A stretch of 64,000 nt of DNA from a virus, in the IMG/VR virus record IMGVR_UViG_3300017917_002644, positions 1 through 64,000 of that record; one strand, given 5' to 3'. The position numbers were made by a program, and so were the translations under genes. The notes beneath the pieces are model-generated. The model made no database searches, was not told the origin of the DNA, and saw only the letters and a program-made list of their open reading frames with translations. How positions within the stretch are numbered: position 1 is the first letter of the stretch; each line of letters opens with the position of its first letter. This document shows, in pieces, positions 28,550 to 39,108 of the stretch.

Positions 28550-29980
28550 TTACGCTTTTACATTTATCATTTTGTGTTTACCAAATATTATATCTACTGA
28601 TAATAACTCATATTTCATAGAGTTTATTCCATCAGATTTGTAATCTAATTTACCTTGCTGCATTTGTAGAATATATCTTTCTTCGTTTTTTGCAGTAGTT
28701 TCTCCTTTTGCCCATTTATCAACCCCTCCCACATTTATTAATCCTTCTGTTTGGTGTGGTAAACACTCAAACTTACCGTTTCTTCTGTGTGGTAATATTG
28801 TATTTGGTATAATTATTTCATCCTCCACTATTTCTACATTTTCAATATTCAATTCTGTGTTGGATTTTATTTTGTTATTCAAAACCGATAAATCAAAAAT
28901 TAATCCATCTTCGTTTTTTGTAGTATGTAGTTTACTTATTTCTTCCGAAGTTAAACATCTATCCCACATTTGTATTTTAGCAATGCTACCTTTAAAATGA
29001 TTTGGTTCTCCATTTACAATTGTATTAGAATATCCAATAGTGAAAGGTTCTAATCCATATCGTTTAAGTGGTTGTGTGTATTTTTGTGGAGATACCGTAC
29101 CCGTTCCCAACCTTGCATCACTCTCTGTTCCGTTTAGGTAAAAGTGTATCTGTTTCTTTTCATCATCAACAGAAAGTGTAACCCAACTCCACTGATTTTC
29201 GTATCTTTTAATCCATTGATATAAATGCGTTCTGGTTCTATCCCATAACATTGCAGTGTATGCTCTACTGTTATTAAAAGATAATCCCCAATCGTAACCA
29301 GGTTTTCTAAATATTGGATATTCTACAAATCTTCTTTCTCTATCACCTATTAGATAAATTGGTACTTTTTCTATCTGTTGGTCTGCTTTTACTAATATGG
29401 AAACGGTGTGTGATTTTGATATTACATTTCTCAAATCTCTATCACCCACAAATGATATCTTACTATCAATCCCATTGAAATATCCAACAGAATGTGTACC
29501 ATTATAATCCAACCTGGTCGATTTTGCGTACCCTTCCTGAATACATCTCCAAAATAGGTCATCATCCTCCATACCCCAATCCCAATACTCATTAGAGTAC
29601 CCATTTGTTCTCTCCACCTGTTCTTTAGAGAATACAACTGCTCCTCCAAAATATTCTTCGTATTTTAGTTGATAATCTGATTGTGAAATACGAACTGCAA
29701 TGTGTTGTGGGTTATCTTTTGGAAACGAATAATCACAACTATCATCTACCGGAACCATATCAATATCATGCCAAACAATATAATCACACCCATCATCAAA
29801 TGCGTGTTTTGCAGCAATGTTTTTCATCAATCCTCTGTTGAATAGTTTATCATCACATTGGTGTGCAAGATATATTGTATGTTCTATTCCCCTTTCGGTT
29901 AAAAACTTTTCAATATGTGGAACAAATGTATTCATATGTTCCTCTCTATTTCTATATGGTACACATACTCCTAATTTCAT
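28550..29980 (-). CDS. GT7 (beta-1,4-galactosyltransferase-like) glycosyltransferase with an inserted LamG domain
   Basis: VPYRNR, FNRG, HDID, YFGG, NGYSNEYWDWGMEDDD; LamG insert; C-terminal LPH..DGINSMKY. Confidence 0.88.
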   Translation of the reverse strand: MKLGVCVPYRNREEHMNTFVPHIEKFLTERGIEHTIYLAHQCDDKLFNRGLMKNIAAKHAFDDGCDYIVWHDIDMVPVDDSCDYSFPKDNPQHIAVRISQSDYQLKYEEYFGGAVVFSKEQVERTNGYSNEYWDWGMEDDDLFWRCIQEGYAKSTRLDYNGTHSVGYFNGIDSKISFVGDRDLRNVISKSHTVSILVKADQQIEKVPIYLIGDRERRFVEYPIFRKPGYDWGLSFNNSRAYTAMLWDRTRTHLYQWIKRYENQWSWVTLSVDDEKKQIHFYLNGTESDARLGTGTVSPQKYTQPLKRYGLEPFTIGYSNTIVNGEPNHFKGSIAKIQMWDRCLTSEEISKLHTTKNEDGLIFDLSVLNNKIKSNTELNIENVEIVEDEIIIPNTILPHRRNGKFECLPHQTEGLINVGGVDKWAKGETTAKNEERYILQMQQGKLDYKSDGINSMKYELLSVDIIFGKHKMINVKA

Positions 29981-31407
29981 ATTCCAACAACTAAATGTGT
30001 TAAGTTTTCAACTTTTGATTTACTATGTTGTTTATACTGTAAGTTTGATAAACCATCTTCTTTAGTATTTCTATATCCTTTTTCAACTTCGTTATGAAAC
30101 TTTAGTTGATTGTATCGTGTTGTTATGTTTTTCCAAGCACCATTCACATATCCGTTTTCATCATGTTCCAATAATTCAAACTTACCATCTCTTCTATGAG
30201 GAATGTTTACTACTTTTATATCATCGTATGTATATCCAACTATTTCACAACCATTTATTTTTCCATCATTGCCGTTTCCACTTAAATCCATTAATTTATA
30301 ATCTTTTACAAATTTGGCATCATAGTATGTTACTAAGTTTTCTGATGATTTATAGTTTCCAAAATTCGAAGTTAAACCAAAGTGTTTATTAGTAGAAATC
30401 TCTAATATTTCAGAACTACTCAATGATTTGTTAAATATTGCAAATGAATTTATTAATCCTCTAAAATATGTTTTATCTTCGTGAGTTTTAACATATGGAT
30501 TTGCACATCCTAAATAAAAGTTTTTTTCTTTTTTATAATCGTATAATGAGTTTTCAAAATAATCTGTTCCTATAATTTCTCCGTCTTGGAACATCTTTAC
30601 CATTTTCAATGTTGGATTTACAGTTGCTACTATTGTAGTTTTGTAATTTGGTTTTAGGTCTGAATTAATATAACATACATTTCCTTTATCATCAAATAAT
30701 TCTAAACAGTATCTTCGGTAACCATTGTAAGTTATTCTGAAATCATATCCTGGAATAGAAAATACTGTGAATATATCGTTTATTTTTTGATGGTCACAAA
30801 TCAAATCATCTGGATAAAAAGATGTAAATATAGTAAATTTTTTTGTAAAATCAATTACATTTTTACCAATAACATATGCATCGTTTCCGCTAAACTTTAA
30901 TGCTGCCGTATTTACTCCTGATGTTTGAATTTCTTTTGAGTTTAAAGGTATGTTGTTTTGTGAACATCTATACAATAAATCATCATCTTCAAATCCCCAA
31001 CCCCAATAATCATTAGAATATCCGTTTATTTTTTCAAAAACATCTATTGGAAATATAGTTACCCCACCAAAGTATTCATCAAATGTGATTCTTTTGAAAT
31101 CAGAATTTCTTGATTTTAGATTACTTGCCAAATGGATAGGAATATCGGAATATGAATAATCCACATCAATTGGAAGCATATCTACATCGTGAAATACTAC
31201 ATAATCACATTTAATTCTTTTTGCTTCTTTAAATCCAATGTTTAATAACTTGCCTCTATTGAATTCTGTTGCATCATCTTGCTCTACAATAATCAATTCA
31301 AAATCAATTCCTTTTGATTTTAAATATTTTGTGATAGAACTCTTAAATGTTTGTAATTGTTCGTAACGATTTCTGTAAGGAACTATAACCCCTAATTTTT
31401 TACTCAT
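29977..31407 (-). CDS. GT7 glycosyltransferase with an inserted LamG domain (paralogue)
   Basis: VPYRNR, FNRGKLLNIG, HDVD, NGYSNDYWGWGFEDDD; LamG insert; LEH..DGLSNLQY. Confidence 0.88.
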   Translation of the reverse strand: MSKKLGVIVPYRNRYEQLQTFKSSITKYLKSKGIDFELIIVEQDDATEFNRGKLLNIGFKEAKRIKCDYVVFHDVDMLPIDVDYSYSDIPIHLASNLKSRNSDFKRITFDEYFGGVTIFPIDVFEKINGYSNDYWGWGFEDDDLLYRCSQNNIPLNSKEIQTSGVNTAALKFSGNDAYVIGKNVIDFTKKFTIFTSFYPDDLICDHQKINDIFTVFSIPGYDFRITYNGYRRYCLELFDDKGNVCYINSDLKPNYKTTIVATVNPTLKMVKMFQDGEIIGTDYFENSLYDYKKEKNFYLGCANPYVKTHEDKTYFRGLINSFAIFNKSLSSSEILEISTNKHFGLTSNFGNYKSSENLVTYYDAKFVKDYKLMDLSGNGNDGKINGCEIVGYTYDDIKVVNIPHRRDGKFELLEHDENGYVNGAWKNITTRYNQLKFHNEVEKGYRNTKEDGLSNLQYKQHSKSKVENLTHLVVGI

Positions 31408-31594
31408 TATCTTTTACGGAATTTTTGTGCCATTCTGCAAGATAGTATTGTATTCTATCACTCCACTCATCTTTATCCACTTCTTCAAACCAAACGGTAA
31501 GTGCATCTACTGTACTTGCAATCTTTTCTAATGCTTTTACTTTTCTTTGTTCCAAAAGTAATTGTTCTTTCTGAAATTCTGTTAATTCACTCAT
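31400..31594 (-). CDS. Hypothetical protein
   Basis: 64-aa ORF overlapping the genes on both sides. Confidence 0.6.
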   Translation of the reverse strand: MSELTEFQKEQLLLEQRKVKALEKIASTVDALTVWFEEVDKDEWSDRIQYYLAEWHKNSVKDNE

Positions 31595-32448
31595 ATTGAT
31601 ACTATTTTATTTAATAACTTTTTCCAATTTTTGTAGTATGTATAGTTTTTTTGTTCAACCTTGCTGAACATATATTTTGGGTTTTCTAAATCAATCTTAA
31701 ATCCGTTTCTTCTTAATCCTTTATACATTTTTTCATATTCATCAGAATAAGAATAATCTTTTTTCTCATCTGCAACTGCTTTTATTCTTTCTATACAGGT
31801 TTTATCCCACTTAAAATGATGAACTTGCACATTGTATTTTTCTATTGGTGCAATTAGTGGGTGATTCCAACCTTGCCATTTCCAAGTTGTGTGTCCATCT
31901 ATTTTTGCATAGTGTTGTCCATTAGTTATTTCAATATCACCCTTTACTATACAAATCTTATTCGGACAAGCTCCACTCATTGGATATCTAAAAAATCCTG
32001 CATATGGAAACTGTTTGAATATATCCTCACCATCTACTATTTCCGCAAACTCTCCATCTAATCCAATTCTATCTATAAATCCACCTCTAACAATATCCCA
32101 ACCATTGGTTTCACAATCTTTTATTATAGTTTCTAATGGTAGTGAATATAAATGGAACTCATCATCATCTGAAACTACCCACCAATCATTTGGGTGTAAC
32201 CCCTTTACTCTATTATATAATTTTGTAACGGTTTCCCAATTGTATTTTTCATGCACCTCCCTCAATACTATTCTTGCATTTGAGAATTGTTTAACTATAT
32301 CATTTACAGAATCGTAAGTTGTAGTTTTTTCCCATTCATAAACTACTACATACATCTCATCTACCAAATCTTTGTAATGGTTTAACATATGCCAAAGAGT
32401 GTTAGTTCTTGAGCCAGTAACAGTAACCAATCTTATTTTGGTATTCAT
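31591..32448 (-). CDS. GT-A fold glycosyltransferase (GT2-like)
   Basis: MLNHY, WWVVSDDDEF (DxD), GQH, VHHFKW. Confidence 0.7.
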   Translation of the reverse strand: MNTKIRLVTVTGSRTNTLWHMLNHYKDLVDEMYVVVYEWEKTTTYDSVNDIVKQFSNARIVLREVHEKYNWETVTKLYNRVKGLHPNDWWVVSDDDEFHLYSLPLETIIKDCETNGWDIVRGGFIDRIGLDGEFAEIVDGEDIFKQFPYAGFFRYPMSGACPNKICIVKGDIEITNGQHYAKIDGHTTWKWQGWNHPLIAPIEKYNVQVHHFKWDKTCIERIKAVADEKKDYSYSDEYEKMYKGLRRNGFKIDLENPKYMFSKVEQKNYTYYKNWKKLLNKIVSI

Positions 32449-33203
32449 TTTTTTGTTAGTAATGTTATGCCAGTGCTAGATGTATTCTTATCAAATATAC
32501 GAAAATTATTTAACTTTACCAAATTCCATTCAGAATTATTTTCCAATTCTTTTACAAATTTTGCAGGTCCATCGAATGGTTGAAAATCTTTTTTAGCATC
32601 TTCTGTAACAATCATAGTATCGTGATATTGTTGGTCTGTATCGTGGATTGTGATTATTCCGTTTTCGTTCATTATAGTAGAATATAATTCAAAATCTTTT
32701 TTTACTCCTTCGTAAGAATGGTCACCATCAATATGTAAGTAGTCAATCTTAATATCTTGTCGGATAAAATAATCATAGAATGCTTTTTCTGATGTTTCTA
32801 AAATAACCTGCGGTTGAAAGTGTGTTCTTAAAAAACTATTTTCTTCTGTCCAATCAGTAAATCCACCAATTCCGTTTGCAGCATCAATAATGATTGTAGT
32901 TCCAATATCCCCCCACTCTGTTGAATTATTACCTTTAAATACCCCCTGCTCCCAAAGGTCTTTTCTTGCCTGTGTCATTATTCGTGGTATAAACCCACCA
33001 CCACTACCAATACACACACATACTTTTGCTCTAATGAATTGTATAAAAGAATATATTAATAACCCATCACCTAAATGTAAATCCGTTGCACCATGTGACC
33101 AACGATATTTTACTGGTTCTAAAATCATTTGACCAGTCTCTCCATCTATAATATGGTTGTTTGTTAAGAATTGTTTTATTAGTGTTTCGTTAAGTAACTG
33201 CAT
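32445..33203 (-). CDS. Class I SAM-dependent methyltransferase (Methyltransf_24-like)
   Basis: CIGSGGG, IDYLHIDGDHSYEGV, GIITIHD. Confidence 0.85.
   Translation of the reverse strand: MQLLNETLIKQFLTNNHIIDGETGQMILEPVKYRWSHGATDLHLGDGLLIYSFIQFIRAKVCVCIGSGGGFIPRIMTQARKDLWEQGVFKGNNSTEWGDIGTTIIIDAANGIGGFTDWTEENSFLRTHFQPQVILETSEKAFYDYFIRQDIKIDYLHIDGDHSYEGVKKDFELYSTIMNENGIITIHDTDQQYHDTMIVTEDAKKDFQPFDGPAKFVKELENNSEWNLVKLNNFRIFDKNTSSTGITLLTKK
32492..32523 (-). promoter_or_regulatory. Bacteroidota sigmaA-type promoter inside the 3' end of the methyltransferase gene
   Basis: TTTG(32523-32520)-N20-TATATTTG(32499-32492), 43 nt upstream of ATG 32448. Confidence 0.7.
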
Positions 33204-34165
33204 ATTTGTTTAATCCATTCCGATTTATTATCGTATTTTTTTAATCCGTTTTTTAGTTTATTAAATTGTTCTGTATTTTCATCAATTGATGTACCTAATA
33301 TATCATTATAAACTGAAACGAATTCTTCTTTACTTCTTGCTCTCCATTTGTAATCAATATCTTTCATCCAATCTGTATGTATTATTGGTAATTTTCCATT
33401 ATCAACCGCATCAAATCCTGCGTACCCAAATGGTTCCTTTGTATAACAAGCGTGAAATATTTGAAAATTCTTTTGAAAAAACTTGTTATGAAATTTGTAA
33501 TTGAATTCTATGTATTGATGCTTTGAATTATCTATTTTAGAACCTTCTAACATTCTTAAATAATCATATTTGTTTGAGAATACATATGCAGGTAGGTTAT
33601 CTAAATAGTGTGGGTTCTTTCTTGTTTCACATCTTGCCGCATATCCAATCCTATCACTTAATACTCCTAAAAATGGTCGGTTTTCCTTAAATTCGTAATA
33701 GTTTGTTACCGTTTTTGTTTTTGGATATTGTGAATGTATTGTATCATTTTCGTAACCAATCCAAACTATGTTTTCCGAATTATCTAATATTTTTTGTTGC
33801 CATTCCCAATCTAATTTTGTCATTATGTTTTCATAATCATTATTTAAACCAATCAGGTCTGGAATATATGCGTGAACAAATGTTATGTAAGTTTTGTGTA
33901 AGTATTTATCAATTATTTTGTTCCAACGATATGAATGGTGTAGGAATACTATTTTATCACATTTATCTAAAACCTGATTTATTTCGGTTTCGTTACCAAA
34001 TGTATAAAGTGCGTTTTTATCAGTATCATTATAAGGTCTACCATCAATCACAATTTTGTATTCCTCATCTATTAAGTTTAGAATGTTTTTGACAAAATTA
34101 TTACACCAGATGTCAGAACCACCTATAACATTTTTTCCGTAACCAGTTGTTATGAATACTATCAT
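33179..34165 (-). CDS. GT-B fold glycosyltransferase (GT4-like)
   Basis: N-terminal IGGSD; RKNPH; EPFGYAGFDAVDNGKLPII. Confidence 0.7.
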   Translation of the reverse strand: MIVFITTGYGKNVIGGSDIWCNNFVKNILNLIDEEYKIVIDGRPYNDTDKNALYTFGNETEINQVLDKCDKIVFLHHSYRWNKIIDKYLHKTYITFVHAYIPDLIGLNNDYENIMTKLDWEWQQKILDNSENIVWIGYENDTIHSQYPKTKTVTNYYEFKENRPFLGVLSDRIGYAARCETRKNPHYLDNLPAYVFSNKYDYLRMLEGSKIDNSKHQYIEFNYKFHNKFFQKNFQIFHACYTKEPFGYAGFDAVDNGKLPIIHTDWMKDIDYKWRARSKEEFVSVYNDILGTSIDENTEQFNKLKNGLKKYDNKSEWIKQICSYLTKH

Positions 34166-37100
34166 ACACTTCCACTTATTATTTCTTCTAATTGGTTTAC
34201 TTTATTAGATAATTCTTGTATTGCTTTTATCATTGGTGCAATAAATTCATCATATCTCAATCCAAGTTCAGTATTTTCTTCTAAATTTCCAATAATATAT
34301 CCTGCAAAATCATCAGTACTAATTCCACTATCTTCAATTGCTTCTTTAACTTCTTGAGCAATTAAACCATAATGGGTTCTTTTACCAGGAATAATTTCTT
34401 TTACTTCTCTATTAAATTCAGGACCATCTTCATATACTACACTTCCTGTTATAAATTTATAAGATACAGGATTTAATTTATTTATAAAATCTAAACCAAG
34501 ATTAGATGAAACTATTTCTGTTTTTTTGTTTATATCCGATGTTTGTATAGCACCATTAGTTGCCCATATATCTTTCCACTTATATACAGAAGAACCTAAA
34601 TTAAAAGTACCACTTGCACCAGGATATACGTTAGTACCAAAAGAAGATGTTTCATTTGTGTTATTTCCACCTACTTGTAATATTATTTTATTATTCAATG
34701 AATAACCATAACTACCAATAGTTGCGTTGCCATAAATATATCCTTTTCCTTGTGCAATTATTGCTTCGTTATTTATTTGTTCAGTATAATCAGCACCATA
34801 TGCTTCAAAATATGCAATTGAACCAACATTTTCAAATAATTGCGTTCCATCATCTATATTTGAACTATCTCTTCTTGTTATTCTTGTATATGCGGTTTGT
34901 GATGATGCTACTTGAATTCCTTTACCAGTTATTTCCGTTTTGTTTATATCTTGAGATATTGTAAAATCATCTATCGGAATTGCGTAAGAATTTCCATGAT
35001 ATGAAGTTGCAGTATTATCATAATATGTTTCGGTATTTGTAACATAATTTACAATTTTTCCAGAACCTGCAATAACTTCTAATCTCAATCTTGCTTTATA
35101 TTTTGCCTCCGTTGTTATAGGTATATTTTTTATAGCAACTCCACCAACATCTCCCTCATATGTTGCTGAAAAACTTTGAGTATATGGACCTAACCAATAT
35201 CTCATACCTCTACTATCTGTTGTTCCAACGTAGTAAGTATATGAATATGCACCAACTCTAACCGTTTGTGCTATGTAATGAGTATCTATTAAAGTAGTAC
35301 CCGCTTCATCGTAAACATCTAATATCCAATATAATCTTGAAGTTCTAGGTGTTGCAAATTGTGAATAATAAACTTGTCCAGGAACAGCAGTATATGGGGG
35401 TGGTGATGAAACTGCACTTATTGTACCTGCAGTTTGAGTTAAAGATGTTGTTGGTACTATTACTCTAAATGCATTTATACCGACTTTAACATTTGTTGGA
35501 GTTCCTGGTGCAACTGATTCACTTACAGAAATACCAAAAGACCCACTATACATAACTGAAACACTTGATGATTCTTGAGTTAGTCCTGCATATGCAGTTC
35601 GGTTTCCATCGGTTCCAATATATGATGCTCCACTGATGTATAATTGTTGTGTTGTAAAATCCGTAAATGCGTCAAGTGAATTTAACACAATTTTAGCAGA
35701 TGCATTTGATGCTGTATAAAATTCTATTTGTGGTAAGGATGCATCTAAAATTAACAAAGAACCAGACCCAATCATTTGAGTTGATGTTAATACAAATCCC
35801 CCAACCGTACCATTGTCTGCAGTGATAGTTCCATTTATATCTGCACCTGTCGCAGTTAAGTGACCTTGTTCATTTACAGTAAATCCATCTCCAATAGATA
35901 TTGCACCACCGACTATATTATTACCAAATAAAGTTCCACCTATTATATTAGAACCAGATATTGTTCCGGATACATTTAATGTAGCTCCATCAAAATATAA
36001 TTTATCTTTTAAAGAAAATTTACCGTCACCATCTAAATAAACTGCCGTATCTGAATTATTGTAATTTCCACTTCCAACATATATTCTTCTTGTTGAGGTT
36101 GTAGCATCTAATGTTATAGGGTTAGTGTTTCCAACTGTTACTTTGCCAGAAAAATATCCCAAATTACCCGCAATAATAGGTGAAATAACACTGTTATTAC
36201 TTATTAACGTACCACCACTATATGTTCCATTTGCAATTGAATCTGCAATTGCTTTTGAACTACTAAAAGCTGCTGATGCAGAAAGTGATGCGGATGCTGC
36301 GGCATTACTACCAACTGTATTTACAAACGTTTGAGTTGCCGCATTTCCTCCGGTAACATTTATTGTTCCGTTTACTGTAAGGGTTGTTCCATCCCAAGAA
36401 AGTTTATCAGCAAGTGAAAATATGTTCGATGAACCTGATTTGAAATAGAATGGAGTATTTGAGTTGTTATACATTCCGGTTCCAACGTACATTGCTCTAT
36501 TTGGCCCATCCAAAGTTATACCATCTTGTCCAACTTTGAATACTCCCGAAATGTAACCGTTCTGTCCACCTATTGCAGGAGAATAAATTGTAGTTTCACC
36601 TATGAACGAACCACTATAATTACCATCTGCTAATTTTTGAAGTTCATCGGTTGCTAAATTAAAAGTGTAGTTGGATTGTGAAAGTGCGAAGTATGTAGAT
36701 GCACTAAATGATGTACTTATGGATGAACTTAATGATGTTATACTACCACTAACCGAACCACTAAGAGTATATAATGAACCACTAACTACTCCAATACTTC
36801 CACTTACAGAACTACTCAATGATGTTATAGAACCACTTACAGATGAACTATTGGTAGTTATAGTTCCACTTATTGATGCCGAAACCGCATATAGGGCATC
36901 AAAGGAAGCAGATGAAGATGCACTAATAAATGCAATTGCACCCGCAATATTATCATTACCACCTGTAAATGTTGCACTTGCTGTTACTGCAACTGGAACA
37001 TAGTTATTGTTTATATCGTAAAATTCAAATTTAAAATTATAAGTTTCATTACCAATCACCGTTGGCATTGCCGTTATAAATGAAATTGAATCGGGTGAAA

Positions 37101-38301
37101 ATGCTGTATCTTGAGATAATTTTAATGAAAGGTTACCAATATGCCATTGTTGAAAAGATGATGTTAAATATCCATCAAATCCTAAATATAAACTTGCAGT
37201 TGGTTCTGGATTTGTTAATTGAAACTGAAATATTGTATCTTCTAAATTTTTAGTTGGTGTAACTCCATTTAATGTACCCACTAATACTTCACCATTGTTA
37301 GAACCACTTACATACACATTCATATCCATAGGGTCTGAACCTGAAAAGAATGCGTCAATTCCAAATTCGTAAACACTATTTTGAGATAAATTTAATGAAG
37401 ATGTAAAGGTAAAATTACCCATATTTAAACCTAATGGAGATAATTTAACACCATTATCAATACGGGTCGAATCTAATGTAGCAGTTAGTTGTGGATAATT
37501 CCAAAGTTTATTTAAAACCTCCGAAGTCATAAATCCCGCATTTCCAATCACACTACCACTCAATTCATAAGAGGTCAATAATTCTTTAGACTCTACTAAA
37601 ATATCTTGAATTAAATCATAATCGGAAATATTTCCTTGCGAAGTTCTGTAAACTTTAACTCTTTTAACATCACCCGCAAACGTGTCAATATTTGAAACAT
37701 TAACATTTGCAAATGATTGACTAATTCCAGAATTTACTTTTACACCATCTTCAATTCTATAAATTGGTTCTAATTCTTCAGTTATACTAACCGTCGGTCT
37801 TTTGTAAAAACGAATTTTGGTAGTATTTGCTAATGTAGGATTTACATTGATTTGTTTTTCCCACTTTACGTTATATGTATCTTTCCAATTTTCAGGAACA
37901 GGAACTCTAACACCATTTGTTTCGTATTCACTTAACTCTCCTAAAATTGTAATTGTAGCAGGACCGTATGCGGTATCAGGATATATGTAAACAGCAACTA
38001 CCTTTGATGTTCCTTCATAATATTCACCTATAAAACTTTCACCATTTAGTGAAGATGAAACACTACCCTCACCTGGCTCATAATAAATTGTATCACCTTT
38101 GGCATCCTTTATTTGAATCTTTATAATGGTATCAGGTACCAATTCAGTAGAACCTTGAATAAGGAAAGCATTTTTTCCACCTGTAAATGTATCTGGTAAT
38201 TCGGTAATCTTAAAATACCTACTATTTGGGTCGGTGTCGTTTACTAATACATTTATGGTTTCTAACTTTTCATCAAATAATGTCTTTTTTAATATAGCCA
38301 T
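34162..38301 (-). CDS. Tail fibre/spike with C-terminal intramolecular chaperone (peptidase S74)
   Basis: TSDINKK..GLDFINKLNPVSY..YGLIAQEV..LRYDEFIAPMIKAIQEL; Ser/Gly-rich body with an internal repeat. Confidence 0.85.
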   Translation of the reverse strand: MAILKKTLFDEKLETINVLVNDTDPNSRYFKITELPDTFTGGKNAFLIQGSTELVPDTIIKIQIKDAKGDTIYYEPGEGSVSSSLNGESFIGEYYEGTSKVVAVYIYPDTAYGPATITILGELSEYETNGVRVPVPENWKDTYNVKWEKQINVNPTLANTTKIRFYKRPTVSITEELEPIYRIEDGVKVNSGISQSFANVNVSNIDTFAGDVKRVKVYRTSQGNISDYDLIQDILVESKELLTSYELSGSVIGNAGFMTSEVLNKLWNYPQLTATLDSTRIDNGVKLSPLGLNMGNFTFTSSLNLSQNSVYEFGIDAFFSGSDPMDMNVYVSGSNNGEVLVGTLNGVTPTKNLEDTIFQFQLTNPEPTASLYLGFDGYLTSSFQQWHIGNLSLKLSQDTAFSPDSISFITAMPTVIGNETYNFKFEFYDINNNYVPVAVTASATFTGGNDNIAGAIAFISASSSASFDALYAVSASISGTITTNSSSVSGSITSLSSSVSGSIGVVSGSLYTLSGSVSGSITSLSSSISTSFSASTYFALSQSNYTFNLATDELQKLADGNYSGSFIGETTIYSPAIGGQNGYISGVFKVGQDGITLDGPNRAMYVGTGMYNNSNTPFYFKSGSSNIFSLADKLSWDGTTLTVNGTINVTGGNAATQTFVNTVGSNAAASASLSASAAFSSSKAIADSIANGTYSGGTLISNNSVISPIIAGNLGYFSGKVTVGNTNPITLDATTSTRRIYVGSGNYNNSDTAVYLDGDGKFSLKDKLYFDGATLNVSGTISGSNIIGGTLFGNNIVGGAISIGDGFTVNEQGHLTATGADINGTITADNGTVGGFVLTSTQMIGSGSLLILDASLPQIEFYTASNASAKIVLNSLDAFTDFTTQQLYISGASYIGTDGNRTAYAGLTQESSSVSVMYSGSFGISVSESVAPGTPTNVKVGINAFRVIVPTTSLTQTAGTISAVSSPPPYTAVPGQVYYSQFATPRTSRLYWILDVYDEAGTTLIDTHYIAQTVRVGAYSYTYYVGTTDSRGMRYWLGPYTQSFSATYEGDVGGVAIKNIPITTEAKYKARLRLEVIAGSGKIVNYVTNTETYYDNTATSYHGNSYAIPIDDFTISQDINKTEITGKGIQVASSQTAYTRITRRDSSNIDDGTQLFENVGSIAYFEAYGADYTEQINNEAIIAQGKGYIYGNATIGSYGYSLNNKIILQVGGNNTNETSSFGTNVYPGASGTFNLGSSVYKWKDIWATNGAIQTSDINKKTEIVSSNLGLDFINKLNPVSYKFITGSVVYEDGPEFNREVKEIIPGKRTHYGLIAQEVKEAIEDSGISTDDFAGYIIGNLEENTELGLRYDEFIAPMIKAIQELSNKVNQLEEIISGSV

Positions 38302-38304
38302 TTG

Positions 38305-39108
38305 TTAGATTTTATTTATTTGGATTTTAATTTTTGGATTGTAACCTTTTGGTAATTCGTTTACAATTCCTTTAAACTCCTGCACTTTATCCTCAAAATA
38401 TGTAAGTTCGAATATTTTATCCGTTAGATTCATAACTGTCTGTGATGATGTCCACATTGAATCCGTTTGTCTTCTCATATTCAATTGTGAATCGGTTGGA
38501 AAATAATCTTTTCTCATCGCAGGTGCAATTTCTCTCCAATCTTTAACTTTATCAACTGCTTTTTCTGCTGATAATTTTCTCATTTTGGAAGAAAGATATT
38601 TTATACCATTTGTATATCCCGCATCTGTAAAAACGTGCCCATGATTAGTTCTCACTATTGGAGATTTTACGTTTTGTGTTTTGATTTCTGGTTTATGTTT
38701 AGATGTAGTTTCAATACTAACCATATAACCAGGAGATGATATAAATGTATGTCCTTTTAATGATAATTTACTTTTACCTTTATATGTTACTGCCGCTGTT
38801 ACAGCATCTTTAATATCTTTTTGTTTGATGATGTTTCTCATCTTATCACCATCAGGTCCTGGTTTACCTTTCTTTTTAACAATCTTTTTCTCCGCTTCAT
38901 CGGCACCTACCATTAATGCAGAGTTTACAACACCCACTCCGTATTCATTCATACCCTCACTCCAATCGGTAGTTACGTCATGCAAATAGACAACTTCAAC
39001 TCCATCCATAATTGTATGAACTATTTCCAAAACAGGTTTATACGCCCTATCTCTGTTTTTTGCTAAAATAAATTTGTCGTTTACCTCCTTAGATACGATT
39101 ATACACAT
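38305..39108 (-). CDS. N-terminal nucleophile (Cys) hydrolase, NRDE/C45-like
   Basis: M-C start, LAKNRDR, SEGMNEYG, RTNH. Confidence 0.7.
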   Translation of the reverse strand: MCIIVSKEVNDKFILAKNRDRAYKPVLEIVHTIMDGVEVVYLHDVTTDWSEGMNEYGVGVVNSALMVGADEAEKKIVKKKGKPGPDGDKMRNIIKQKDIKDAVTAAVTYKGKSKLSLKGHTFISSPGYMVSIETTSKHKPEIKTQNVKSPIVRTNHGHVFTDAGYTNGIKYLSSKMRKLSAEKAVDKVKDWREIAPAMRKDYFPTDSQLNMRRQTDSMWTSSQTVMNLTDKIFELTYFEDKVQEFKGIVNELPKGYNPKIKIQINKI

